DNA from: an uncultured Thermoplasmata archaeon | GTDB lineage: Archaea > Thermoplasmatota > Thermoplasmata > UBA10834 | Length of the DNA: 64,000 nucleotides | NCBI GenBank assembly: GCA_963719945.1 | Contig: CAVRDX010000003.1 | Coordinates: 64,001 to 128,000 of the forward strand | Direction of reading: 5' to 3' | The notes under the pieces: model-generated | Seen by the model: the letters and a program-made list of their open reading frames with translations, nothing else | The model's database searches: none | What the model was told of the DNA's origin: nothing | Part shown: positions 16,572-26,500 of the stretch, piece by piece | Position numbering within the stretch: position 1 is the first letter of the stretch | Layout: every line of letters starts with the position of its first letter | Translations under genes and position numbers: made by a program

Positions 16572-18407
16572 TCAGACGATCTCCAGTTCCTTGAGCTTCT
16601 CCGGGGTGGGTGCGCCATCAGAGGTCCAGCCGCGGACAGCCATGTAATCGTCGAGCATCTTGTTCATCTCCTCGACGGTTATCCTGGAGCCCTTGGACGG
16701 TCCCTCGGGGATCGGGTCTTCGAGCACTCTCGGGGGCAGGAGCCAGTCCTTCCTGGTGACTCCATGCTTCACATTGAAGTCCCCCTTCATGTTGTGTAGG
16801 CGCTCGCCGATCTTCAGGAGTTCTTCTTCCGTGAACTGCAGCCCGGATATCGCCTCGATGACTTCCCTGAGCTTATCGATCAGGAAGAAGCCTCTCGAGA
16901 ACTTGCACAGGCCGACCGAATCGTAGACGCACATGAAGTTCTCCATCGTGGCGACCTTCTCGCCCTTTCCTTCAGTGGAGAACCGGTCGATGCCCTCCCA
17001 TCGCCAGAACTTGCCCACGAGCTCAGGCGCGTACATTCCGGCCCTTAGGTGGCAAGCGCCACGGGTGGATGTCATGAAAGAGAGTCCATGCCCCTTCATG
17101 CCTCTGACATCGTATGCGGGAGGCTCCATGCCCTTGGTGTGTATCGCATATCTCTCAGAGCCCTTGCCGATCTTCTCGGCGGCCCTCTTGACGCCTTCGG
17201 ACAGGATGTCTCCGAATCCTTCGCGCTTTCCGATCATCTCGCACATCTTAGGCACGGAGTCGGATGCATTGTCCCAGGTCAGCTTCAGACCGACTTCCTC
17301 CTCGGTGATTATCCCTCTCTGGATGAGTTCCATCGCGAATCCGATGGCCACTCCGGCGGAGATCGTATCGATACCTACCAGGTCACAGACCTCGTTGGCC
17401 TTGGCCACGGATTCGATATCGGCGTTGCCACAGTCTCCTCCGAGTGAGTAGAGCGTCTCGTACTCCAAGCCATCTATCGCGACTCCGGAGAACTTGCCGC
17501 TCTTGATCTCGAACAGCTTGCCGCAGGGCTTAGTGCATGCGAAGCACGCCTTGTTCTTGCTGACATACTTGGGTGCCCAGTAATACGGGTCGATCTGCTC
17601 CCTCTCCTTGAAGAAGCCTTCCTGCCAGTTCCTGGTCGGGAACACTCCCTTCTCCTTGTTGATCCAGCCTAGGAACTCGCCAGTACCGTATTTCGTATCC
17701 TCGTTGAACGATGGAGCGGCTTCCATTATCTTCTGGTATCTGAGCGCAATCTCCAGCAGTTTCCCTGGGTCCGCAGGTTCCAGATCCCCGGTGCCTCGGA
17801 CGACGATGGCTTTGAGGTTCTTTGACCCCATGACTGCTCCGAGGCCAGCTCTGCCCGCCTGCCTGTCGTCACAGTCTATGCAAGCCATCCTGACGAGTTT
17901 CTCGCCAGCGACGCCTATGCAAGCTACCTTGACATCCCAGCCATGCCTCTTCTTGAGGATCTCGGGAACCTCTCTGGTATCCTTTCCCCAGATGTCCTCG
18001 GCTTCATTGATCTCGATCTTGTCGTCCTCGATGAAGATATATGACGGCTTCTCGGCGACTCCGAATATCTCAAGCGCATCATAACCCGCATGTCTGAGCT
18101 CAGCACCGATGGAACCTCCCATGATGCTCTCAGCCAGCGTGTTGGTGGCCGGAGACTTCGCAGCGAAGGCGGTCTTGCCGCCCGTCGGCACTGCAAACCC
18201 GTCGAACACTCCCGGAGCCATGGCCAGCACGTTCTCGGGCGAGAGCGCGTCTGCACCATCGGGGACGCCGTGATATACGAGTTCTATCGCGAACCCTGAT
18301 CCTCCGAGGTACTTCCTCACGTATCTCTCATCGGTCGATTTGATGGAATCCTTGCCAGAGCTGAGGTCTATCTTCAATATCTTGCCTGAAAAGCCCTTCA
18401 TGCTCAT
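16572..18407 (-). CDS. aor: Tungsten-type aldehyde:ferredoxin oxidoreductase family protein
   Basis: KSP, AGRAGLGAVMGSKNLKAI, CFACTKPC, EYET, GIDTIS, RGACH and GLCKF motifs. Confidence 0.93.
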   Translation of the reverse strand: MSMKGFSGKILKIDLSSGKDSIKSTDERYVRKYLGGSGFAIELVYHGVPDGADALSPENVLAMAPGVFDGFAVPTGGKTAFAAKSPATNTLAESIMGGSIGAELRHAGYDALEIFGVAEKPSYIFIEDDKIEINEAEDIWGKDTREVPEILKKRHGWDVKVACIGVAGEKLVRMACIDCDDRQAGRAGLGAVMGSKNLKAIVVRGTGDLEPADPGKLLEIALRYQKIMEAAPSFNEDTKYGTGEFLGWINKEKGVFPTRNWQEGFFKEREQIDPYYWAPKYVSKNKACFACTKPCGKLFEIKSGKFSGVAIDGLEYETLYSLGGDCGNADIESVAKANEVCDLVGIDTISAGVAIGFAMELIQRGIITEEEVGLKLTWDNASDSVPKMCEMIGKREGFGDILSEGVKRAAEKIGKGSERYAIHTKGMEPPAYDVRGMKGHGLSFMTSTRGACHLRAGMYAPELVGKFWRWEGIDRFSTEGKGEKVATMENFMCVYDSVGLCKFSRGFFLIDKLREVIEAISGLQFTEEELLKIGERLHNMKGDFNVKHGVTRKDWLLPPRVLEDPIPEGPSKGSRITVEEMNKMLDDYMAVRGWTSDGAPTPEKLKELEIV

Positions 18408-18853
18408 TCCTCCGCCTTGAGAAGCTTTCTGACGGCCTCGTACTGCTCGGGTTTGGGCTCCTCATACTTGATAGCGCCCATCGAGCAGAACTTCACGCAG
18501 GTCGGGTCCCCTCCGCAGAGGTCGCACTTGAATGCGGTGTCCTCCATCCTCATGACCCCGAATGGACAGACCTCGACGCATGTTCCGCAGGCAGTGCATT
18601 CATTCTCATCGACGCGCACGATCCCATCTTCGATCTTGATCGCTTCGACGGGACAGGCGGTCACACAGCATTCGTCCTTACAAGCTACGCAGTGCGTACA
18701 AACGGACGGGAAATCGATCCTGACGTCGCGCTTGTGCACCTGCAACCTCGCGTCTGCGTGGTTGATCTTACCCTCGTGATACAGAGTGCAGGCCATCTCA
18801 CAGAATCTGCACCCAGTACACTTGTCCGGGTACGGTACTAACATCTTTACCAT
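18404..18853 (-). CDS. 4Fe-4S dicluster ferredoxin-like subunit partnering AOR
   Basis: Four Cys clusters (CTGCRFCEMAC, CTACGTCVEVCP, KCDLC); overlaps the aor start. Confidence 0.92.
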   Translation of the reverse strand: MVKMLVPYPDKCTGCRFCEMACTLYHEGKINHADARLQVHKRDVRIDFPSVCTHCVACKDECCVTACPVEAIKIEDGIVRVDENECTACGTCVEVCPFGVMRMEDTAFKCDLCGGDPTCVKFCSMGAIKYEEPKPEQYEAVRKLLKAEE

Positions 18854-18943
18854 ACGGTAATACCCCCTGGTGGTCTTGTCTGTGTGAGGTAATGGGGTCT
18901 ATGTAAAAAAGCTGTGCCCTGTGACCACTTCAATCTCGGAGCA

Positions 18944-19276
18944 TCACTTCGATTTCCGCTTGATCTCGACCTTCTTGAGCTCGGACTTCTGCTTGGGCAT
19001 CTCCTTGTCCACCTCTACGAGGATCGCGTCTATGAAGCTCCTCGCGGCCAGAAGGACCTCCTTCTCGGCCCTGTGGATCCTGATCTTCGTCTCCTCCGGC
19101 ACGTCCAGATGCTTCATGGCCGAATTCGCAGCCTGTACGACCTCCATGCCTGCGTTGACGAAATGGGTCATGGTTTCCTTGGTCGTGACCTTGGTCGCTA
19201 TCTCCTCAATGTGCCTTTCGAGACGCTTTGCTGCCTCTACCCCTTTTTCTACCCTTCTTCCTGCCAATTTCCTCAC
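18944..19276 (-). CDS. Small helical hypothetical protein coupled to the ArsA-like ATPase
   Basis: HRAEKEVLLAARSFID...KKVEI; overlaps the 3' end of the ATPase gene. Confidence 0.75.
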   Translation of the reverse strand: MRKLAGRRVEKGVEAAKRLERHIEEIATKVTTKETMTHFVNAGMEVVQAANSAMKHLDVPEETKIRIHRAEKEVLLAARSFIDAILVEVDKEMPKQKSELKKVEIKRKSK

Positions 19277-20441
19277 CTTCGAACCTGACTTTCAACCAGG
19301 AGCCATCCAAGTCGGCACCCAGTATCTCTTTGCTTGTAAGAGCGTATGGGAGCACAATTGATTTCTTGAACGCCCCCAACTGCACTGTTAGAACATCCTT
19401 GCGTGTATATAGCTCTAGTTTCTGATTCATCACGAACGGCATCTTGATGGCGAATACGCTTGCTCCATCCTCCTCGTATACTTTCATCGGGGATTCTGTC
19501 GAGTACACCTGGGTAGGGTCATCGTCCCCGAACAGCTGAAGGGCTAGCGACTCAAGGGATCTTCCTCCGAGCACCTCTCGAGGCATCAACGAAGCCTTGA
19601 ATGTCTTCAATGGCGCGAATATGCTCTCTATGGTAGCCAGGTGCTCTTTCTGCTCCTTGAGCTTTCCATCGAAGAACTCATCCGACAGCCCCTCGGGTAT
19701 GATCCTGTTTATCACCAGACTCTCGACGGTGTATCCGTACATGCACAGGTACGTGTATGCTCGCTGGGTCTCCGTTATGACCATCTTCTCCGGGTTCACC
19801 ACCAGCCTCACGGAGGTGATCTCGGGGTCCGTTAGGAGGTCCCGGACATATCGGAGCCGCTCCCTGAGGTTCTCCAGGTCTTCGAGGAATTTGTCAGAGG
19901 GCAGCGGGGTGGACACTATCTTCCCGACCGTCACCCTAGCTATCTTCAGCACATTCCTGACCATGTGGAACAGGTGGTCGAAGTACCAGCTCGCGATGTC
20001 GGGGAATGAAAGGAGCCTGAGCGTGTCCGCCGTTGGGGCGGTATCGATTATGACAACGTCATAGGCGTCCGATTTATGGAACTCCTCTACATAGAACAGT
20101 GCCGACATCAGTTCCATGCCTGGGAAGACTGCCATCTCCTTCGCTGTGACGCCATCCATGCCCTGCGACGCCAGGAAGTCTGATAGATATGTCTGGATCT
20201 CCTTCCAACGCGTCTCGAGCTCGAGCTGTATATCCACCTCTAACCCGTCGAGGTTCTTCCGTATCCGCTCTATCTTCCCGGACAACGGTACCTCGAGGGA
20301 ATCGGAAAGGCTGTGCGCAGAATCGGTGCTCACCACGATCGTCCTGTGGCCTAACACGGCCGATCGGAGCGCTGTGGCAGCGGCAACGGAGGTCTTCCCC
20401 ACGCCCCCCTTGCCCGTATAGATTATCACTCTCATATCCAT
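19206..20441 (-). CDS. ArsA/GET3-family ATPase with a C-terminal HSP20-like domain
   Basis: GKGGVGKTS, STDSAHSL, DTAPT and NPEKMVITET motifs, plus a beta-rich C-terminal ~80 aa. Confidence 0.9.
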   Translation of the reverse strand: MDMRVIIYTGKGGVGKTSVAAATALRSAVLGHRTIVVSTDSAHSLSDSLEVPLSGKIERIRKNLDGLEVDIQLELETRWKEIQTYLSDFLASQGMDGVTAKEMAVFPGMELMSALFYVEEFHKSDAYDVVIIDTAPTADTLRLLSFPDIASWYFDHLFHMVRNVLKIARVTVGKIVSTPLPSDKFLEDLENLRERLRYVRDLLTDPEITSVRLVVNPEKMVITETQRAYTYLCMYGYTVESLVINRIIPEGLSDEFFDGKLKEQKEHLATIESIFAPLKTFKASLMPREVLGGRSLESLALQLFGDDDPTQVYSTESPMKVYEEDGASVFAIKMPFVMNQKLELYTRKDVLTVQLGAFKKSIVLPYALTSKEILGADLDGSWLKVRFEGEEIGRKKGRKRGRGSKASRKAH

Positions 20442-20480
20442 CCCTCGAAAGCGTTGCTAGAATACACTCTCGCTGGATAA

Positions 20481-20588
20481 TGGTGTCGGGGACGGGAATC
20501 GAACCCGTGACCTCCGGATGTCCTAGGAGCATCTGGTCAGAAGAACTCCCTATGAGTCCGACGCTCTACCAGGCTGAGCCACCCCGAC
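20481..20588 (-). tRNA. tRNA-Met(CAT), probably elongator, with a 31-nt intron at 37/38 (20520-20550) and encoded CCA
   Basis: GTCGGGG acceptor stem, TCGGA-CT-CAT-A[intron]A-TCCGG, GGTTCGATTCC T-arm and ACCA end. Confidence 0.92.
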
Positions 20589-20625
20589 ATGGTCCCCATC
20601 GTCATGAACGCGGGGTATGTGTGCC

Positions 20626-21393
20626 CTATTCCTCTTTCTCTTCCTTGGATCCGTCCTCGGACTCGGCGGGCTGCTCATCAGATGCCACTTCTTCCGTCGG
20701 TGCTTCTGCGGGCTTCTGTTCCTCCGTCTCTGCGACGCTCTCGTCCTGGGCGGGTTCTTCAGCAGGGGCGATGATCGGCTGTTCGTCCGGTTCTGGCATC
20801 TTGCCAGCTCTCAACACCTCGCTCTTGCCGATCTCTATCTTCTTGATGGGCACAATGATCTTCGATGCGTCGGAGATCGCCTTCGACATGTCCCCCATGA
20901 TTATCTTTCGGACAAGGTCGCTGATAGTGGATTCGGCCGCCATCTTCGCGACGGACTCCTTCATGATATTCCTTATGGCGGTTTCCTGCGATGCCTGGAT
21001 CCTCTGCTCGGACACAGCCATCGGCTTGACGCGGACTTCCCAGCCATCCTTTGTGATGACATCCACGACGGTGTCGGTCTTCGTCCTCTTCCTCCTGGTG
21101 AGCCTCCTGACATAGTCGCTTGTCAGGTTGTGCCCCTCATAGAGGGTGAACGCGTCGAAACCTCTGACGTCGTGAACCTTGAATCTGAGCTTGATATGCA
21201 TCTTGGAGAAATCACCGGTCAGGTCCTGCACGGTCGCCTCGGCGATCCTTCCCATAACACCTTCGGATGCGTTGGACGGTGTTTCCCCGAGCTGCATGCG
21301 GCTGAACATATCAGGCGCGTAGATCTTGTACCATTCCTTTGCACGCCACCTGTCTTTGATCTTCTTGGCAGCAGCCCTCGCTTTCTGAGCCAT
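20626..21393 (-). CDS. rps3ae: 30S ribosomal protein S3Ae (eS1) with an acidic C-terminal tail
   Basis: KDRWRAKEWYKIYAP and DYVRRLTRRKRTK motifs. Confidence 0.96.
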   Translation of the reverse strand: MAQKARAAAKKIKDRWRAKEWYKIYAPDMFSRMQLGETPSNASEGVMGRIAEATVQDLTGDFSKMHIKLRFKVHDVRGFDAFTLYEGHNLTSDYVRRLTRRKRTKTDTVVDVITKDGWEVRVKPMAVSEQRIQASQETAIRNIMKESVAKMAAESTISDLVRKIIMGDMSKAISDASKIIVPIKKIEIGKSEVLRAGKMPEPDEQPIIAPAEEPAQDESVAETEEQKPAEAPTEEVASDEQPAESEDGSKEEKEE

Positions 21394-21461
21394 CTAATAC
21401 CTCTGGTTGACTGATTAGGATGCTCGATAACAGATTTCTATATTAAAAGCTTGCTGTGGAA

Positions 21462-21485
21462 AATGAAATGGTTGAAAGGGGTTTG
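21462..21485 (-). terminator. Pyrimidine-rich terminator-like motif after dppC, near-duplicated at 23546-23568
   Basis: Minus strand CAAACCCCTTTCAACCATTTCATT versus CAAACCCTTTCCACCATTTCATT. Confidence 0.5.
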
Positions 21486-21496
21486 GGTGGTCTCGA

Positions 21497-22447
21497 TCAC
21501 CTCTTCCTGAGCTTGGGGTTCAGAACCTCATCCATCGCATACCCGATGAATGTGAATCCTAGCACCACCATGACGATGCACAGACCGGGCATGATTATGA
21601 ATGCATACGGTCCACTCGTCGCGGCATGCCACGAATACGCCTCATCGAGCAGTCTGCCCCATGTCTCGACATCCTGGGGTCCCATCTTCAGGAAACTCAG
21701 GGTGCTCTCAGACAGGATTGATATCGCAATTGTCAGGATGGCATTTGCGAATATGAGGGGAACGACATTCGGGAAGATGTGCTTCTTGATTATGTGTAGA
21801 TCCCCTGCTCCTATCGCCTGTGCCCTCTCGATGAACTGCCTGGTCTTGATGGACAGCACCTGGGATCTGACGATCCTTGCCGTGGTCGACCAACCAGTGA
21901 CTCCTATGACCAAGATGACCGCTAAGAGACTCCTGGCGTTCAAGACGGACGATATGACCAACATCAGGACCAGCCACGGAATGGACAGGAAGACATCGTT
22001 GACCCTCATGATCACTTCGTCCTTCCAGCCGCCCCAATATCCTGACAGTAATCCTACGCCTGTACCGATACCCATCGAGATGGCCATGGCGACGAATCCC
22101 ACGGTCAGGGAAGCTTTAGTCCCGTGAAGGGTCCTTGTCAGAACATCTCGTCCGATCTGATCGGTTCCGAACGGGTGCTCCCATGAGCTTTCCTCAAGGA
22201 TGTCCATGGTCGAATAATATCGATTATAGGGCACGAACAGTTCCGCGTAGATCACTATGCAGAGGAAGAATATGATTATGGCCACTCCAATCTTCCCCAT
22301 CCATGTCTTCAGGAATAGATCGGTAGTCTTGCCAAAGTTCCTGGCCGAGAGACCAACCTTGTCCGAGAGTATAGGATTGAATTTGAACGCCCGTCTTCCC
22401 CACCTCTCGAATCTTGCCTCGAATCCGGATTTCTTCTTGTGTACCAT
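21497..22447 (-). CDS. dppC: Peptide/nickel ABC transporter permease (DppC/OppC-like)
   Basis: HPFGTDQIGRD and the EAA loop FIERAQAIGA...KHIFPN. Confidence 0.92.
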   Translation of the reverse strand: MVHKKKSGFEARFERWGRRAFKFNPILSDKVGLSARNFGKTTDLFLKTWMGKIGVAIIIFFLCIVIYAELFVPYNRYYSTMDILEESSWEHPFGTDQIGRDVLTRTLHGTKASLTVGFVAMAISMGIGTGVGLLSGYWGGWKDEVIMRVNDVFLSIPWLVLMLVISSVLNARSLLAVILVIGVTGWSTTARIVRSQVLSIKTRQFIERAQAIGAGDLHIIKKHIFPNVVPLIFANAILTIAISILSESTLSFLKMGPQDVETWGRLLDEAYSWHAATSGPYAFIIMPGLCIVMVVLGFTFIGYAMDEVLNPKLRKR

Positions 22448-22459
22448 TGTGATGCCCCC

Positions 22460-23446
22460 TTACGTTATGCTCACCCTCGGATCGAGCTTCAAGATGACTA
22501 TATCCGCAATCAGGTTCGCAATGACCACTGCGACCCCTCCTATGAAAAATATGAATTGCAGCATAGGGAAGTCGTACTGCCAGATTGCCTCTACTGTCGT
22601 CCAGCCCAGACCTTTGTAGCTGAAGACGACCTCGACTTGGAATGCGCCGCCTAATATGAATGCCGTATCCATGGCGATAGTCGTCACGACCGGAAGTCTG
22701 GCATTCGGTGTCGCATGTCTCTTCAGCACCTGCTTCTCCGTCAGTCCCTTCGCATAAGCTGTCACGATGTACTCTTCGGTGAGCACATCGACGAGCGAGT
22801 TACGTTGGATCAATATGATTCCTGCAAGAGATCCGACCACCAGTGTAGTCGCAGGAAGCGTCATGTGCATCAGTACATCTATCACCTTGTCTAAAGTCAG
22901 AGGAAACAGGGTCGTACCAGATTCCATGTATCCTGCGCCAGGGAATATCTCGAATGTGCTGACGAATATGACCATCAGGACGATGCCGAACCAGAATATC
23001 GGCATGCCATAGAAGAACAGGCCGAAACCCGTTATCGCCACATCGGTCGGCTTCCCGCGCCGAAATGCCGCCATCTTGCCGAGGACTATCCCCACCGCGA
23101 AGGTGATTACCGATGAGACTCCAAGTAATAATATGGTCCATGTCGCAGCAGTCGAAAGAACCTCGGTGACCGGTTTCTCCCAATAATATGATATTCCCCA
23201 GTCTCCGGTGAACGTCCCGATGAAGTACTTGTATAGCTGGACATATAGCGGCTGATCTAGTCCCATTGTCCTGATGTTCTTCTCATAAATCACGGACATG
23301 TCTACTCCCGGCACTCTGGGTGACATCAGGAGCGCGGGGTCTCCTGGCATGACCCGGAACAGCAGGAAATTGACAAGCATGATGAGCAATATCGTAATGA
23401 TTGCATTGAATACTCGTTTGGTCAATATTTTTCTGAAAGAGGCCAA
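22460..23446 (-). CDS. dppB: Peptide/nickel ABC transporter permease (DppB/OppB-like)
   Basis: MPGDP, GLDQPL, EEYIVTAYAKGL and LDPRV motifs. Confidence 0.92.
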   Translation of the reverse strand: MASFRKILTKRVFNAIITILLIMLVNFLLFRVMPGDPALLMSPRVPGVDMSVIYEKNIRTMGLDQPLYVQLYKYFIGTFTGDWGISYYWEKPVTEVLSTAATWTILLLGVSSVITFAVGIVLGKMAAFRRGKPTDVAITGFGLFFYGMPIFWFGIVLMVIFVSTFEIFPGAGYMESGTTLFPLTLDKVIDVLMHMTLPATTLVVGSLAGIILIQRNSLVDVLTEEYIVTAYAKGLTEKQVLKRHATPNARLPVVTTIAMDTAFILGGAFQVEVVFSYKGLGWTTVEAIWQYDFPMLQFIFFIGGVAVVIANLIADIVILKLDPRVSIT

Positions 23447-23593
23447 ATGTCACACCGTCCAAATAGTAATTTCATCTCATCGGCCACATTTGCCCGTTCT
23501 GGTTCAACTCATTCGTGTGTTCTGTCCGGTTTCCCCCATTCAATTAATGAAATGGTGGAAAGGGTTTGATTTGGTTTTCACTGTATGACGTGC

Positions 23594-26500
23594 CTATGCC
23601 TGCGGTGGTGGAGGTTCTTCCGCGAGAGCCATGCCTTCCATTCCGCTCACGCTCTCCATACCATCAGCGCTGCCGCCCTTCTTCTTGCGCTTCATCAGCA
23701 ACACCGCGGCCACTATGGCAGCGATCACGGCTATTGCGATTCCTCCGATCAGCGCAAGGCTGATACCCTTCTTGTTGACGGTGATGGTCTTAGTGTCCAT
23801 CTTCAGGGTGGTGTTGGAGTGGCTCTGGCCATCGTCTGCGGTCGCGTTGACGACGAATGTGCCGCTCTCTTCGAAGGTGTGGTTGAAGAATACCACGAAG
23901 TACGAGGTCGTCCCGAACTTGACGTTCGCAGTGCCAGTGGTACCGTCGCCGTATGAGATGGCTATGGTGACGTTGTCTTTCTCGAGGTCGGAGACATTCA
24001 CGGTGAACATCACAGACCCTCCGGTCGTAATCTCATACAGATCCGCCTTGAGGGAAATGCCAGTTCTCTGGTTCGCCTCACTGACTGTCACGGTCGCCAC
24101 ATCGCTGACGTTGTTACCCATTCCGTCGTCGGCATACACGGTCAGAGTGAATGTCCCTGTGGCCATGTATGTGTGCACGGCCGCGTATGCCTCGTCCACG
24201 TCGCCACCCATCGTCCATGCCGATCCGTCGCCCCAATCGTACCATACAGTTATTGTGTCATCCTCTTCATCGGTGAGAGAGACTGGCTGGTATGACCTCT
24301 CCACATCGTACAGTGCGGAGAATGTCGACTGGACCTCTAGCACCGGCGCAACGTTAGGGACAACCTCGACTGTGAATTCAGCTGATTCGTTGTATTCACC
24401 GTCGTATGCGTATACGGTCACCGTGTATGTTCCCTCGGCTACGTATGTGTGCTCAAACTCGGCATATTGGGTCTCCGTGGTTCCGCCAGCGGTAGTCGCA
24501 GAGAGCAGGTCACTCTCATCGCCAAAGTCGATGGTCAATACGAGCACGTCTTCATTCGCATCGGATGCGCTCGCGTTGAATGTCGTTGCGACATCGATGT
24601 ATGTCGGGTATGGTGTCAGGACGAGTTCGAACGATCCCGGAGCCACATTACCTTCCGCGATGACTGCAACGCGAGAGGCCGTCTCGTTGTGGTCGTTTCC
24701 ATCATCCACATATACATTCACAGTGTAGTTGCCTACAACATCCCATGTGTGCGACACAGTTGATGTCACTGTCGCGCCCACTGAGCTTGGTGTCAAGGAC
24801 TGCACAGTGTATGTGCCGTCGTCCCATTCCCAAGTGAATTTCAGTGTGTCAGGGTCCACATCCGATGAGCTGGCCTTGCAGGTCACTGCACTACCCGGGA
24901 TTCCATTCATTGCTTGGATGGCCGGTTCGGTCGGTGGCTGGTTGACTTTGATCGTATATTCTCTGTCCGTCGAGACATTTAGGCTCCCCGTCTCCAGACC
25001 ATAGTTTTCATACACCCAGACTGTCACAGTGTATGTACCTACGCTGGTCCATGCGTGGGTCGCGGTGTCCGTGACCTGCGTCCCAACCGGAGTTGGTTCA
25101 TTGACATCATATGTGCCGTCGCCCCAGTCCCATGTGACCTTGGCTCCATTTGGCCAAGACTCAACATCCGTGGCCGTTACGGTCCATGTGGTTATCTCGT
25201 CGACATATTGTGAGCTCGATGGGGTGCTGACCAGACTGATAATGTCTGGAGCCTGGTTGACAACTCCCTGGACTTCGACAGTTGCTGATCGGACTATTGG
25301 GTCTCTCAATCCAGTCACGGGGTCGACATAGTTGTCGGTCACAGTGACATTGAGCTGATAGACGCCCTCAATCGAGTAGTGGTGCGAAGAAGACACAGAT
25401 GTCTCCGTGGTCGCATCGAGGATGGATTGTGGTGGGTCCTCGTTGCCATCGCCCCATTCGAACACTACATCGAGAGGATCTCCCTCTGAATCCGAGACCC
25501 CAACTATGATCTCAAGGTTCTCACCGTCACTGGTGAATGTGAGGTACGAATCATCTGGGACTGTATTGAATACAGGCGCCCTGTTCGTGACCTCCTTTAC
25601 ATTGAACCATATCCAGAGCAGATCGGATGCGACGTTAAGACCCGAGTGTCCAGAGACATCTCCCCAGTTGTCGAAATTGGCATCAGTGTATCCATACAGG
25701 CCCAGGTCGTAGTATGGTGGGTTCTCACAGTACGAGTCATACACCATCTGCTGGAGCTTGTCAACGATGAGCTTCCTCGCATCTTTGTCGAGGGTGGTCA
25801 TCGCTTCGCTAATGTTCTGGTCATAGGACGACCAGGCTCCGGTGAGTTCCCACTCTGCGGGAGCGTCCGTGTAATTCACGTTGTCATACCACCATTCACC
25901 CATGGGCATCTGACAGTTGTCGCCGCCGCCCTCTATCTCGGAGGTCAGCCAGCAGCTGAGTGCGCCGCCAATCGGCTCAGGGCCCCAGCCCCAGTGCCAG
26001 ACCCATATGTCGTAATCTGCCTTGTACCATGCGATGTTGATCATGGTGATCTCAGATTCCGTAGAGGATGTGAATCCAATTCCGGCTTCGAGTGCCCAAC
26101 CCTGCCACATCTCCGTGATTGCGCCATAGGTCGGATCGGTGTCCGGTGCCTGGCATCTTATGCCGGAAAGCTCCGTGCCTGCAGGCACTCCATAAAGGTT
26201 GCCCGCTTCCGCTTCTAGGTATGCATCACCATCTGCATTGGCGCTCCATCCGTGGTCCATGAGCCATTCTCTAGCTTCAGCGGTGTCGAATGACACTTGG
26301 TTCTCGATGGTCGCCTGCCAGAATCCTGGTTGCACTACGGACGATCCTTTCTGGGCGTATCCCTTCAGGGGACCGTTGACTATGCTGTCCTTATCAAGGG
26401 TCATCATGATGGCTTTTCTGACATTCGGGTCGTTCAGTGCAACATGGTGGACTCCGTAGCTTCCCTTCTGGAAGCTCGCTGGAATGGCGTTGATTGCAAT

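Noticed and set aside
15669-24728. Long antisense or overlapping ORFs (e.g. 15669-16505, 20189-21115, 20617-21414, 23631-24728)
   Set aside because: These are shadow ORFs opposite well-supported genes, expected from codon bias at this GC content.
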